A DNA stretch of 64,000 nucleotides from an uncultured virus (IMG/VR IMGVR_UViG_3300045210_000027) (taxonomy: Duplodnaviria > Heunggongvirae > Uroviricota > Caudoviricetes): IMG/VR virus record IMGVR_UViG_3300045210_000027. One strand, given 5' to 3'. The position numbers were made by a program, and so were the translations under genes. Shown here piece by piece: positions 36,823-47,672 of this stretch (position 1 is its first letter; each line of letters begins with the position of its first letter). Below the pieces are notes generated by a model. That model was not told the origin of the DNA, ran no database searches, and was given only the letters and a program-made list of their open reading frames with translations.

Positions 36823-37206
36823 TCAGAGGTCGTCTCGGATGTCGTCGGGCACCTCGGGCCGCGGCGACGGATTGTCGGCGGGTGTGTGGTCCGCGATCCA
36901 GCGGAGCAGCACGCGGATGAAGTCCAGGGCCAAGCGGTGCCGGCGTCGGAGGTCATCGCGCTGGGCGCGGAGCTTCTCCACGTGGTCGAGCAGATCCTCG
37001 ATGCGCTCCTGACGGGGACGCACCTGATGCTCGGTGATGTCGTCCAGGAGAGCCGCGTAGCGCTTCTGCCAGGCGTCCTCGCCCTCCCGCTCCTCGCGGA
37101 CCAGCCCGAGCTTCCCGTCGTTCTTGTTCTTGGTCACGGTGGCGATCACGGCGATCACGCCGGTGACCGCCCCGACGGCCGCGACGACCGCGGAGATGGG
37201 GTCCAC
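36823..37206 (-). CDS. Lysis-cassette membrane protein
   Basis: N-terminal TM plus coiled coil. Confidence 0.7.
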   Translation of the reverse strand: MDPISAVVAAVGAVTGVIAVIATVTKNKNDGKLGLVREEREGEDAWQKRYAALLDDITEHQVRPRQERIEDLLDHVEKLRAQRDDLRRRHRLALDFIRVLLRWIADHTPADNPSPRPEVPDDIRDDL

Positions 37207-37212
37207 CTGGCC

Positions 37213-37698
37213 TCACTCTCCGTCGACCGTGGGCTCATCACGGACCCGGCGAATCGCCTCCTGGTACTGGTGGTGCGCCTGACGTCGGAGCCGGGCGCGC
37301 GCCTCGATCCACCGCGCACGGACGAGGAACATGCTGATGGTGGAGAGGACGATCGCGCCCTGCATCATGCGAGACCAGGCGGAATCACCGAGCACGATCG
37401 ACCAGACGCCAGCCGCGTAGGCGCCGATCCCACCGGAGACCAGGTGGATCACGACCCGCTCGATCCGCCACCGACGCGCCAGGACGGAGACCGTGGAAAG
37501 CAGGCCACCCACCGCGGCCATCGCCGCGGCCCCCGTGGTCACAACCCAGCCGATGGTCCCCTCGATCGTCTGAGGCGTCCACACCAAGCCAGCGAGCCCC
37601 GCGATCATCGCCCAGCCGTAGGCCACCGCGAGCCACGGCCGGATCGTCTCCTCCATCTCCTCGATGAGCGCCAGATCACTGACCGGCCGCAGGCTCAC
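37213..37698 (-). CDS. Multi-pass membrane protein (holin-like)
   Basis: About four TM segments; distant homolog of 1248-1718. Confidence 0.65.
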   Translation of the reverse strand: MSLRPVSDLALIEEMEETIRPWLAVAYGWAMIAGLAGLVWTPQTIEGTIGWVVTTGAAAMAAVGGLLSTVSVLARRWRIERVVIHLVSGGIGAYAAGVWSIVLGDSAWSRMMQGAIVLSTISMFLVRARWIEARARLRRQAHHQYQEAIRRVRDEPTVDGE

Positions 37699-38171
37699 GA
37701 CGATCCCTCCTCGAGCTCCCAGCCGGCCGGGTACTCCGTGGGTGACCAGGCGTTGTTGTCGATGAGGGACACCCACACCTGGCCCTCGAAACTCACGCGG
37801 TCGCCGGCCATGTAGGGGTTGTGGGCCTGGGGGCGTTGCCACTCGGGTGGGGGTGCGCCCTCGGGCACGATCTCCCGCCACGACGACAGCGGTTCCACGC
37901 CGGGCTCGTCCGGGTTCCCTGCGCGCAGGGACTCCCACTCACGGCCGTCGTGAGTGACGGTCGACCCGAGCGGGTAAGCGTCGTGGTAGCCGGTTGGCTG
38001 CACCCAGGCGTCGCCCGGCTCGCGTCCGGCGGCGGTGGCCCAGTCGGCGGCGAGTTGCTCGATCTGCTCGGGGATGTGGGCCAGGGTCGCGCGGCGGCCG
38101 AGCTCGTCCTGCGCGGCGATGATGAGGGCCGCCAGGTCCTCGTCGGTCATGGTCGTCAGGTCCGTGGTCAT
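37695..38171 (-). CDS. Tail-associated protein with CBM5/12-like repeats
   Basis: C-terminal ~100 aa nearly identical to 1715-2206. Confidence 0.7.
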   Translation of the reverse strand: MTTDLTTMTDEDLAALIIAAQDELGRRATLAHIPEQIEQLAADWATAAGREPGDAWVQPTGYHDAYPLGSTVTHDGREWESLRAGNPDEPGVEPLSSWREIVPEGAPPPEWQRPQAHNPYMAGDRVSFEGQVWVSLIDNNAWSPTEYPAGWELEEGSS

Positions 38172-38179
38172 GGGGCTCC

Positions 38180-38851
38180 TTAGGCGGGGGTCGCGGTCAC
38201 GTAGATCTGGCTGGTCTCGCCGTTCGCGCCCCGGTCGTACTGCCACGTGTACGGGAGGTTGTTCTCGTTCCAGTGCCACAGGCGGGCCGTGGCGGCGGTG
38301 TTCGCGGGCAGCAGATGACCCCGGTAGGCAATCGGCTGGGCCTTCCAGTGGTTCGTGTACTGGGTCTGGAAGATCGGGATCCGGACCTGCGCAGTGGTGA
38401 CCGTGCTTCGGTCGACGGACGCTGCAACACGGGCGTTGATCTGCCCGACCGTGGAGCCGACTGCCTGCGACTGGTAGACGAGGATTCCGTCGACGTCGAT
38501 GTACCTCGGGTATGGGGCAGCGGGGATATCCACCGTCGCCAGCACGCGCGACGCCGACGACAGACCGAGGTTCGCCCAGGTCGCATTGGCGGACCCCCAC
38601 CGCTGCACGGGCCGGTCCCCGCCGACTCGGCCGGTGATGACCATCTGCCCGTGGTGGATGAGCACCTGCACGCGGTCCCCCAACGCGAGGCCGCGTGCGA
38701 GCGTCACCGGAGTCGCCCCCTGCTGCCCCTCCAGCGGCCCATCCAGGGTCACCCTCAGCGGCGTCAGGGAGGTGACGGTCCCGAACCGATACGACGGCGC
38801 CGGCACCTGCGACACGGGCGGCGAACTGAACAAGGAGAACGGCGCGGTCAT
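38180..38851 (-). CDS. Minor tail protein
   Basis: GTV....PLRV.LDG...GDRV.V motif. Confidence 0.7.
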   Translation of the reverse strand: MTAPFSLFSSPPVSQVPAPSYRFGTVTSLTPLRVTLDGPLEGQQGATPVTLARGLALGDRVQVLIHHGQMVITGRVGGDRPVQRWGSANATWANLGLSSASRVLATVDIPAAPYPRYIDVDGILVYQSQAVGSTVGQINARVAASVDRSTVTTAQVRIPIFQTQYTNHWKAQPIAYRGHLLPANTAATARLWHWNENNLPYTWQYDRGANGETSQIYVTATPA

Positions 38852-39915
38852 GACTGCACCTCCATCAGGCGGGACTCCACGAGCTCACCCGTACCGATGG
38901 ACACGCTCATCGTCTGAACGGACGCGAGGACGTTGAGTGCGTCTCCGACCCGCACCCGCACGACGTCATTCGGGACGAGCGGGATCATGGCGTGGCGGAG
39001 AGTCAGACTGCGGGACGCCCCCGTGAGGTCCCGGAGCTTCCGAGCGGCCAGGCTGTCGAGGGTCTCACCATCGGCGGCCTCCACGCCCTCCTCCGTGTAC
39101 GTGATCCACCGGCCCCGCGCCTGGTACGACCACTCACTGTCCGGGTCCTCGTTCTGGGCGACCGCGAACGGTGGTGGGGTCTCCTGGTCCTCGGACCGGC
39201 CGATCATCACCACCCGGTTGGGGACGTGGAAGCCGTCCATCTCCCGCTCGAACCGGTTCATGAAGATCGACCTGACCGGGTGGTCGACGAAGTCCCAGAC
39301 GACCGGACGGTCAGCGGGCGGCACGTAGGGGTCCGCGCGGTAGCGCCCCAGCCCATCGCACCAGACCGAGAAGTACCCGGCCGCCTCCAACAGGTCGTTG
39401 ACGATGCGGAGCTTCGGTGTGCCCACGTCCCACGTCATCGACGCGCCCAGGGACTTCGTGCTCGCCGGGATGACGTGTGACATCTCCCCAGTCGACTCAA
39501 TGACCTGGACGACCGCCTGGACGATGTTCTGCCCGGCAGGGTAGGTCCACGCGGACGACGTCTGGTCGTCGTCGAGGATCACCATCTTGTCGTAGGCCTC
39601 GACCGTGTGGCTGACACCAACGTCCCACTCCTCCAGCGGCGTGGCGGGAAGGAAGACCCCCAGCGGCCAGTCACCGCCCCCCGGCCCGTCCAGCGCGTAG
39701 CGCAGCCGGATACGGACCTGCCGCCAGTCGTAGCCGGCGAGGCCCTCCAGGTTGAGCGTGCAGGAGGAACGGATCGTGGCGTTCACGTTCCAGTCGACCT
39801 TCCCGGCAGTCGCGCGAAGGTCCGCGAGCAGTTTCTCGGTGCGCGCATCGAGGAGCTCCACCACCCACCGCTCCCGCCGGTGGCTGATCAGCGCGTCGAA
39901 CGCGGGTTCACCCAT
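38848..39915 (-). CDS. Minor tail (hub-like) protein
   Basis: PLGVF...YDK...LL.AAGY...PNRVV. Confidence 0.75.
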   Translation of the reverse strand: MGEPAFDALISHRRERWVVELLDARTEKLLADLRATAGKVDWNVNATIRSSCTLNLEGLAGYDWRQVRIRLRYALDGPGGGDWPLGVFLPATPLEEWDVGVSHTVEAYDKMVILDDDQTSSAWTYPAGQNIVQAVVQVIESTGEMSHVIPASTKSLGASMTWDVGTPKLRIVNDLLEAAGYFSVWCDGLGRYRADPYVPPADRPVVWDFVDHPVRSIFMNRFEREMDGFHVPNRVVMIGRSEDQETPPPFAVAQNEDPDSEWSYQARGRWITYTEEGVEAADGETLDSLAARKLRDLTGASRSLTLRHAMIPLVPNDVVRVRVGDALNVLASVQTMSVSIGTGELVESRLMEVQS

Positions 39916-42900
39916 CGACCCGCTCCAGTTCGAACGTGACGTACTGGAGGCGCGCCTGGTGGCTGAGGTCCGTCGCGCTGGAGGAGACCTCCCACATGCG
40001 GCCGGTCGGATCCCGGTACAGGAGCGGGGCGGGCCGGTCCAGCATGCTGATGAGCTCGTCGAACGTGCAGGAGCCGTCCGAAGGGTCGAGCCGGACGTTG
40101 ACGGTCACCCGGTCCTCGACCGCCTCGCCAAGGGTTTCGACGCGCCGCCGCCGGCCCCGGTACTGGGTAAGGGTCTTCTCTTGAGCGTGGTAGATCTTGA
40201 TGTTCCCGCCGCGGCGCATCTTCACGCGGTCGCCCCAGCCTTCGCCGGCGTTGATCCAGATCCACGTGTGGTGTGGGGTGGTGGAGATGAGGAGGGTTTC
40301 CGAGACGGCGACCGAGGGAATCGCAGATGCCGCCAGGACGCGGTAGGCGACCGTGACCCCGACCGGGGGAGCGTGGTCCGTGATCGACTCGTCCACGCCG
40401 ACACTCGAGACCTTCACGGCGTGCTTCTCCCACAGGGCGTCGAGGGTGGCCCGCGCGCCCGCCGCGCCTGCAGCGGCATCGTCCCCGGCTTGAACCACGT
40501 CGTCCCCAGCGAAGCGCCAGCCAGGACCGGTGTAAGTGGACCGAGAGTTGTCGGCCGCACCGTCCCACTCGACACCTGGCATGCTGCCGTCGATGTGTTC
40601 GCCAGCGGCGGCCTCTGGCCCCATGAAAACTCGCTGCACGTCGAGGTGGTCGCCTGCTGCGAGCCCCGGACCCGCGCCGATGTCGACGGGGCTGATGTAC
40701 GCCAGGACCCGCGCCCGGGTCGCGGTGGCGGGCGGAGTCAGGTTGTCATTGGTGACCTCAACCCACTCACCCGCCGGCAGCACCACGGCGTGGGGGTTGT
40801 TCCCGACGTTTCCGCCAGAAGCGTTGAGCCACTGAACGTTGAAGACCAACTGCCGTTCCTTGGCGGAGCGAGCGAGGATCCGGGCGGAGTACGACTGGCC
40901 GGAAGCGGGTGCAGGCTGGGAGACGGGCCAGAAGTTGGTGAAGTTCATCCCCCCGGAACCCATGACGGGTTCCTCGTTCGTCCAAGAGACTCGCCGGAAG
41001 TCCTCAAGGTACTCGGCGGTGATGGTCCCTCCGCTAGCCGAGTAGGTGACCGGTGGCCCCGCGGCCACGAGTCGAGGGTTGAGGAGCACGTTGGTGCGCG
41101 CCTCTGGCCCGTAGTCCACCCATACGTTCGGGGTTCCGTCGCCATCGATCCAGAGAAGGTTCGCGTCCCCTGTCGGCTCCTCCGACTGCTCGACCCACGT
41201 GACCTTCCTAGCGGCCTCGGTCATCGTGTCCTGGCGGGCCGTCAGCGACCGTTCCCACTCCTCCGCCGCGCTGACCGTCTCGCGGTCCACTGCGCGCCAC
41301 AGCTCGAAGCCGAGGACTTCCGCCTCACCCTCTCCCGCGTCCGGGTTGTCGACGGTGATGTTCACGACTCCCTCATCTGGGACCCATCCGGCCTGGATGA
41401 TCGGCGTCGGAGGCTTGAGCAGGTCGACCGTGAACTCCGAGGAGGCGACGCTCGTCCACAGGCCGGAGTCCATGTCGCGGGTCTGGACCGTGACCGTGTA
41501 GGTCTCGGTGTCCGTCAGACGCCCGTCCCACGTCCAGGTGTTGAGCGGCCCGGACCCGGACGCCTGCCCGAGCAGGACCCCTTCGCGGTAGAAGCTGACG
41601 CGGTAGCCGGTCTGGGTCGCCCCGGGGATACCCTCGTGCTCCCACTGGACGACCAGGGTCGACGCCTCGTAGGTCTCACCGTCCGCCGGGGAGAGGATCT
41701 CCGTGCTCGGGGTCCCGATGACGATGGGCGCGGCACTGGTCCGGGGGGACGGGGAGACGTGCGACCCGTAGGTCAGGACGTCCCAGTACCAGGCGACCTC
41801 CTGACCACCCGGTCCGGAGCTGGGGGCGGGGATCAGTGTCGTCTGGGCGTCGCCGTTGACGTTGACCATGGTCAGTGACCCGGCTGAGGGGCCGTAGCGG
41901 ACGACCGCGCGAGTCTGGTCCGACCCGTCCGTGGGGTTGTGCCGCCAGGACAGCTGGACCTCACCGGAGTCGGGGACGTACTGGCCGTTGCCTGGGGCGA
42001 GGATCGTCGGGGCGTTCGGGGGCGACTCGATCGCCACCACGTTCGACAGGTCCGACCAGGGACCCAACAGGGAGTTCGCGCGGGCGCGAATGCGGTACTG
42101 GTGAGTGCCGCCACCGGACGGCGACTCGTGCAGGTAGTCCTCGCGGGCGGTCCCGAACCCGGTCCCGATGACCTCCCACGCCCCGCCGTCCGCGCGGTGC
42201 TGGATCTCCGTGCTCGTGAAGGCGCCCTGCCGGGCCCCGTTCACCCATGTCAGGCGAATGTCCGAGCCGACGCGCCGGGCGATCACGTTTCCTGGCGCGC
42301 CCGGCGTGTTCATCACCAGGGCGGACTGCCCCGAGTACGGGGAGTGCCCGACGCTGTTGTACGCGCGGACGCGGTAGCGGAAGGCGTTGTTCGGCGTGAC
42401 CGTGGTGTCGGTCCAGGACTGGGAGGAGGACCCGCCGGCGGCAACCTGTCCCCAGGTTCCGAACCGGGCGTCCCACCGCTCGATCTTCACGCCCGTGTAG
42501 GGCGCGCTGCCAGTCGGGTGGTTCGTCCAGACGAGGCGGATCTCCGTGTCGGAGATGCGGGTGACGATTGCCCCGGTCGGAGCCGCAGGACGGGTCTGGG
42601 CCCCACCTCCTCCGCCGCCGCCACCCGGCTTGGCGGCGGAGTAATAGTTCGAAGTCAGGTTGGGTGACCCGCCGATGAAGTTGGTTAGCCGCGCGGTAAG
42701 AGCGGAGTGTCCCCGTTCACCGACGATGGGCGCGTAGGACCGGGAGGTCGTTCGGAGAAGGACCGTCCCCGAACCAGACCGGTTCACAGAGTGAGTCGTT
42801 GTCCCACCGAAGCTTGCTCCGAGGATGAGCTGGAAGTTCGAGTCCTGCACGAACCCGCTGTGGCCCAGGTAGATCCTGGCCGTCACCGTCACCGACGAGG

Positions 42901-43000
42901 TGCTCGAGGTGATCGTCCCCGGGGACTGCGACCACTCCACGCCCAGCCGCGTCTGCACACCACCCGCACCGCTGGCCCACGGGCCCCACGAGATGGCCAT
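39908..43000 (-). CDS. Large minor tail protein with FN3-like repeats
   Basis: P.AP..., W..., YRVRA.N..G.S repeats. Confidence 0.8.
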   Translation of the reverse strand: MAISWGPWASGAGGVQTRLGVEWSQSPGTITSSTSSVTVTARIYLGHSGFVQDSNFQLILGASFGGTTTHSVNRSGSGTVLLRTTSRSYAPIVGERGHSALTARLTNFIGGSPNLTSNYYSAAKPGGGGGGGGAQTRPAAPTGAIVTRISDTEIRLVWTNHPTGSAPYTGVKIERWDARFGTWGQVAAGGSSSQSWTDTTVTPNNAFRYRVRAYNSVGHSPYSGQSALVMNTPGAPGNVIARRVGSDIRLTWVNGARQGAFTSTEIQHRADGGAWEVIGTGFGTAREDYLHESPSGGGTHQYRIRARANSLLGPWSDLSNVVAIESPPNAPTILAPGNGQYVPDSGEVQLSWRHNPTDGSDQTRAVVRYGPSAGSLTMVNVNGDAQTTLIPAPSSGPGGQEVAWYWDVLTYGSHVSPSPRTSAAPIVIGTPSTEILSPADGETYEASTLVVQWEHEGIPGATQTGYRVSFYREGVLLGQASGSGPLNTWTWDGRLTDTETYTVTVQTRDMDSGLWTSVASSEFTVDLLKPPTPIIQAGWVPDEGVVNITVDNPDAGEGEAEVLGFELWRAVDRETVSAAEEWERSLTARQDTMTEAARKVTWVEQSEEPTGDANLLWIDGDGTPNVWVDYGPEARTNVLLNPRLVAAGPPVTYSASGGTITAEYLEDFRRVSWTNEEPVMGSGGMNFTNFWPVSQPAPASGQSYSARILARSAKERQLVFNVQWLNASGGNVGNNPHAVVLPAGEWVEVTNDNLTPPATATRARVLAYISPVDIGAGPGLAAGDHLDVQRVFMGPEAAAGEHIDGSMPGVEWDGAADNSRSTYTGPGWRFAGDDVVQAGDDAAAGAAGARATLDALWEKHAVKVSSVGVDESITDHAPPVGVTVAYRVLAASAIPSVAVSETLLISTTPHHTWIWINAGEGWGDRVKMRRGGNIKIYHAQEKTLTQYRGRRRRVETLGEAVEDRVTVNVRLDPSDGSCTFDELISMLDRPAPLLYRDPTGRMWEVSSSATDLSHQARLQYVTFELERVDG

Positions 43001-46000
43001 CAGGCATTCACCCCAACCTGCTGGCGCGAGTTTCGCCGTGCGTTCGCCACGAGGTCCTCCAGTGTGCGGATCCCCTGCAGGTCGCCAGGGTTGATCTGCA
43101 GGTAGTAGGTGTTGTTGACCGTCGACGTCGTCGACGAGGACATGGGCGCCTGGTAGGCGGGGGCGCCGGCCCAGCCGACCGGTCCGCCCTCCGCACGGCG
43201 GGCCACGTGCTGGCCTGACGCGAGGGCGAGCATCTGGTCCTTGGGGATGCGCATCTGGTTGATGGCGTCCATGGTCGAGTACCCGTAGTGCTGGGCGGCG
43301 GCCGTCCGGTGGACGTACTCGCCGTCCGACAGCAGGGTGGGGATCGAGTCCGACGTGCTGGTGCCTGGCCCCCAGACGGGGCCGCCCCCAGCGCGGGCGT
43401 TGATCGCACCGATCGACACGGCAGCGCCCGCCGACCCAGCCCTGTTCTGGATCTGGGCGATGATCGAGTTGATCTGAGCCCACCGGGCCTGTGCGCCGAC
43501 ACCGACGTTCGCGGTCTTCGAGGCGATACCGGACAGAATTCGGTTCGCGGAGCTGTTCGCTCCGCGGTCCTGAGCGTTAATGCCGGCGGTCCCGGTCGAC
43601 ATGTCAATGTTTCGGAGGATCGCCCGGCGCCTGTCTTCCGCCCCGCGGTCCCGGGCGTTGATCCCGGCGGTGCCGATCGTCTTGTCTGTCTCGACCTTCC
43701 ACCACTGGGTTTCGCTCAGTGCCGGGCGGTTGTCGGCGTCGATCGTCGCCGAGGGCCGGGACCCGCTCACAGCGTCTTCGAACCAGTTCAGCTCGTCCCG
43801 TGCCGGCTGGTCGTTGGCGTACAGGTTCGTGGTCGGACCGAGGTTCTCGTAGTCCTGGCCGAGCAGCGTCAGCGTGTCTCGAGCGGGCTGGTCGTTGGCC
43901 AGGAGGGGGATCTCCGGAGCCATCCCCTCGATATCCGAGACCAGGTTCGTCGTCTCGAGGATCGCCCCGTCCCGGTTGATCCCGACGTCCAGGTCGGACA
44001 CGCCCTCGTCAATCAGGCCCTCGATCTCGTCCAGGGCCTCCTCGATCGGCACGATGTTGCCGTTGATGACAATGTGGTCCGCGTCCGTGGTGTTGATCGT
44101 CTCGACAATCTCAGCCAGGGCGTCCTCGGCCGGGAGCGTGTCACCGTTGACGGTGACCTCCCCGTCCGGGAGCTGCTCCATCTCCTCCTCGAGAGCCGCC
44201 AGGCGTGCCAGGCCGGGACCGGTCACGACGTCGATGTGGGAGTAGACGTTCTCCGGGATGAGGCCCATTCGGTCTGCGAGGTTCGCAGCCGCTTCATCGC
44301 CCATCCCGAACGCTATCGCCTGGTTGATGACGTCCTCACGGGACTGCTGCATGGCAGCGGCCATCTCATCCGCCGACGCCCCGGTGGCTGCGAGGGAGTC
44401 CACCAGGTCCCACCCGTTCTGGGCGATCTCGTTGACGGTCTTGTTCGCCAGCGCACCCTTCTCCGAGTAGAAGTCCCAGTTGTCCCCGGCCTCGTTCAGC
44501 GCGTTGCCGGTGGCCGTCGCGAACTCGTCCATCACGTCGCCCAGGCCCATGATGGTCTCGGCGTACTGCGCCTGGGCATCCTGGACATCCATGAAGGCGC
44601 CCCCGGCGTTCCGCATGACGTCCAGCAGGGTCTCGAGCTGGCCGACCTGCTCCGCCATCTCGTCCGTGGTCTTCCGAGTCACGTCCGCCAGGCGCTCCTG
44701 CTCACCCGCCAGGTACTCCTGCTCGGCAGCCAGCGCAGCGGCCTCGTCCGCAGCGTCGGCCATCTCCTCCGACATGTCCGAGGTCGCCCAGGCGACGACA
44801 TCGAAGTCTTCTCCCGTGACTCCGGCCTGCTCACCAGCCGCGCGAAGCGCCTCCGCATATGCGGGCATCAGGGCGATCAGCTCCTCAGCTGTCCCACCCG
44901 TCATCTCGAGCATCTCGTTGAATATCTGGGCGGCCTCCGCCGGGTTCGACTCGAAGATGCTCGCCAGGCCGGCGGACAGGTCCGCGAAGACCTGCTCGTT
45001 CCACTGGTTGTTCGACATGCCGCCGAACAGCCGCTCGATCTGCGAGGCCGTGTTACCGATCTGCTGGCCCAGGGTGGGGTCGGTGAGTCCCTGGAACGCC
45101 TCCCGGAGGCCGGTGAGGTCTGCGGAGTGATTCCCAGCCGTTGCGGCGGACAGGTTTCGCAGGGCGTCGGCGGCCTCGTTGATCTGGATGGAGGAGCGCT
45201 CGGGGAGGAACGAGCCGATGATCTGCATCGTGGCGATCATCGCCCCGGCCTTGCCGGCTGCGGACGCGATCCGCCCCAGGCCGGAAGTGATGCCGGGGGA
45301 TGTGGACTTGAGTCGGCGGAAGGCGTCGACCGTGGAAACGATCCGGGGAGCGAGGAGGAGGAATCCTCCGGCCACCGTCGCAGTGACTCCGACGAACCCG
45401 CCCAGGGAGGCGATGGTCGTCTTGATCGGGGTGGGGAGGGCCTGGAAGGCGCGCATGAGGTCGGCCGTCCTGTTGAGGAGGCCGACCAGGAGCCCGCCAC
45501 CCTCGGGGCCGACTAGCGGCGCCGCGAGCTCGGACGACAGGTCTCGCCACGCGGCCTTCACCCGGTCGAACGCGCCCGAGAGCGTGTTCTTCACGTTATC
45601 GGCGGCGCCGCCAAAGCGGTCCTGCATCCCCGCGGCGAGAGCGTCCAGGGCCTGGCCGGCGTCGAGAGTCCCGGCCGTGATCTGCTCCCGGATCTGCGCG
45701 CCGGTCATGCCCATCTGGGAGCCGATGATGGTCGCCGCGTCGACGCCTCGGACAGCGAACTGGTTCAGGTCTTCGGCTGTGATCTTCGAGGAGGCACTGA
45801 TCTTCGAGAAGATGTTCGACAGTTCGGCAATGTCCTGGTTCGAACCACCAGTTGCGGCCACCGCGTTCTGGATGGAGTCGAGGTAGGGGATGACCTTCTG
45901 CGCCTCGATGCCGAAGCCGAGCATCTGCTGCTGCGCCTTGATGAAAACGTCCTTGGCAAACGGGCTCGTGGACGCGAATTCGTTGAGCCGGTCCATCTGG

Positions 46001-46662
46001 GCGTTCGCCTGCTCAGCCGACCCCGTCAGGGTCGTGAGCGCCGCACGTGACGTCTGCTGAAGCTGGTTGTATGAGATGCCGGTTGCGAGGGCCGCTACAC
46101 CGATACCGGTGACCACGGCCCCGAATCCGGCGAGGGCGGTGCCGGCGGTCGTCCACGCCTTCTCGTTGTCTCGAACCGACTGAGCGACCCTCGAGAAGGC
46201 GGTCTCGGTTCGCTTAGCGCTGCTCTCAGCGGTGCTCGCCTGGGCGTCTGCAGCAGCCTGTGCCGTTGAACTCGCAGACTCCTGGGCGGACGCCGACGAC
46301 TCTGCTGCCTGCGCCGTGCTGTCAGCCGCTGCAGCGGACCGCTCTCCAGCGGATTCCGCCGCCTCCCCGGCTGCCTCCGCGCTCTTGGCCGCACCCTCCG
46401 AGGCGGCGGAAGCGGTCTGCCCAGCGGCCTCCTGAGCGGCAGCCGACGACGTCGAGGCATCCGAGGAGGTGCGGGCGGCCGCCGACGTGGTGGTCGCCGC
46501 GTCGGTGGCCGCCTTCCCCTTCCCGGTCTCGGCCCGCTCCGCCCGCTTCCCAGACTGCTCGATCCGCGACGCGGCCTGCTCGGAAGCCGACCCCGCCTCG
46601 CCCATCGCGGACTTGTACTGGTTGATCTCCGCAGTGAGCCGGATAGCGACAGAACGGTCCAC
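43000..46662 (-). CDS. Tape measure protein
   Basis: 1220 aa; tape-measure N-terminal domain (FA.TSPF); GPGT.TSDSIP..LS.GEYV. Confidence 0.92.
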   Translation of the reverse strand: MDRSVAIRLTAEINQYKSAMGEAGSASEQAASRIEQSGKRAERAETGKGKAATDAATTTSAAARTSSDASTSSAAAQEAAGQTASAASEGAAKSAEAAGEAAESAGERSAAAADSTAQAAESSASAQESASSTAQAAADAQASTAESSAKRTETAFSRVAQSVRDNEKAWTTAGTALAGFGAVVTGIGVAALATGISYNQLQQTSRAALTTLTGSAEQANAQMDRLNEFASTSPFAKDVFIKAQQQMLGFGIEAQKVIPYLDSIQNAVAATGGSNQDIAELSNIFSKISASSKITAEDLNQFAVRGVDAATIIGSQMGMTGAQIREQITAGTLDAGQALDALAAGMQDRFGGAADNVKNTLSGAFDRVKAAWRDLSSELAAPLVGPEGGGLLVGLLNRTADLMRAFQALPTPIKTTIASLGGFVGVTATVAGGFLLLAPRIVSTVDAFRRLKSTSPGITSGLGRIASAAGKAGAMIATMQIIGSFLPERSSIQINEAADALRNLSAATAGNHSADLTGLREAFQGLTDPTLGQQIGNTASQIERLFGGMSNNQWNEQVFADLSAGLASIFESNPAEAAQIFNEMLEMTGGTAEELIALMPAYAEALRAAGEQAGVTGEDFDVVAWATSDMSEEMADAADEAAALAAEQEYLAGEQERLADVTRKTTDEMAEQVGQLETLLDVMRNAGGAFMDVQDAQAQYAETIMGLGDVMDEFATATGNALNEAGDNWDFYSEKGALANKTVNEIAQNGWDLVDSLAATGASADEMAAAMQQSREDVINQAIAFGMGDEAAANLADRMGLIPENVYSHIDVVTGPGLARLAALEEEMEQLPDGEVTVNGDTLPAEDALAEIVETINTTDADHIVINGNIVPIEEALDEIEGLIDEGVSDLDVGINRDGAILETTNLVSDIEGMAPEIPLLANDQPARDTLTLLGQDYENLGPTTNLYANDQPARDELNWFEDAVSGSRPSATIDADNRPALSETQWWKVETDKTIGTAGINARDRGAEDRRRAILRNIDMSTGTAGINAQDRGANSSANRILSGIASKTANVGVGAQARWAQINSIIAQIQNRAGSAGAAVSIGAINARAGGGPVWGPGTSTSDSIPTLLSDGEYVHRTAAAQHYGYSTMDAINQMRIPKDQMLALASGQHVARRAEGGPVGWAGAPAYQAPMSSSTTSTVNNTYYLQINPGDLQGIRTLEDLVANARRNSRQQVGVNA

Positions 46663-46665
46663 GGT

Positions 46666-47055
46666 TCATGCCTCCTCAGGCTCGGGGGAAAATGGCGGTT
46701 CGGGGTCGCGCAGGTCGACGAGGTAGGCGAACGCGCCCGGCTCTTTCAGGGCGTCCTTGTTGGCTTCCCGGTAGGCGTCCAGGACCGCCTTGCGGTAGTG
46801 GGTGCCCATCCGGGCCTCCCACGCGTCCTGCAGGTCCTTGTCCAGGCATTCGTCGGCCCACCCGCCGCACCCACAGGGGCAGCGCATGGACTCCACGACC
46901 GTGTAGGCCTGCGTCAGCAGCAGGTCCTCAACACCCCACGTCTCGCCGGGCACGCCCCAGTACTGGTGTGGTGGCCGCCCCCACTGGTGGGCGGTCTTCA
47001 GCGCGGTTAGCGCCGACGCCCTCGCCGGGTTGCGGAGGACGCCGGCGAGGTAGGG
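46666..47055 (-). CDS. Tail assembly chaperone extension (gpT-like, Cys-containing)
   Basis: -1 frame open across the end of the chaperone gene; CPCGCG. Confidence 0.65.
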   Translation of the reverse strand, partial: PYLAGVLRNPARASALTALKTAHQWGRPPHQYWGVPGETWGVEDLLLTQAYTVVESMRCPCGCGGWADECLDKDLQDAWEARMGTHYRKAVLDAYREANKDALKEPGAFAYLVDLRDPEPPFSPEPEEA

Positions 47056-47672
47056 ACCGTCACGGACGGTGCCTGGTTGTTGGCCATCGCGAAGGTGACG
47101 AGGAGTCGGCGGATCTGCGGCTCACTGGACTCCCGGAGGGCAGCCAGGTGCTCGTAGGTGACGCCGGCGGGCTGGATGATGGCGCCAGCGAGCTGGTGCA
47201 ATTGCACGTACACGGACTTCTCGTCCTTGCTCTTCCCGTGGGTGTCGGAGTGGTTCTCCCACTCCTTCTTGACGCGGTTCAGCCAGGTCTCGGACCGGCC
47301 CTCGATGCGGAACGTGACGCCGGAGTCCACGAACGTCTGCTGCAGGTCGAACAGGCGGGCCTCGAGCTCCTCGGACGACAGGTTGTCCTCCATGCCGGAC
47401 TCGTCGGCCCCGCTGGCTTCGGTCGCCCTCGCGACCTGGAGCTGCTGCTCGAGGCTGTCGATCTCTCCGAGCAGGTCGGCGCGCTGGTAGACGTTCACGG
47501 AGCGGATGGTGGAGCGGACGCCCTGGACCCACGAGTCGAGGTCGAAGTCGGCCGGCGGCGGGAGGTCGGGCTCGGACACGTCGGGGGCGGGTGCGGCCTG
47601 GCTGGTGGGCGTCTCCTCGCGGGGCTCGTCCTCCACCGGCTGGTCGGGGCTGTCACTGAAGTAGGTGGTCAC
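47007..47672 (-). CDS. Tail assembly chaperone
   Basis: GAGGAG RBS; between major tail and tape measure genes. Confidence 0.75.
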   Translation of the reverse strand: MTTYFSDSPDQPVEDEPREETPTSQAAPAPDVSEPDLPPPADFDLDSWVQGVRSTIRSVNVYQRADLLGEIDSLEQQLQVARATEASGADESGMEDNLSSEELEARLFDLQQTFVDSGVTFRIEGRSETWLNRVKKEWENHSDTHGKSKDEKSVYVQLHQLAGAIIQPAGVTYEHLAALRESSEPQIRRLLVTFAMANNQAPSVTVPTSPASSATRRGRRR

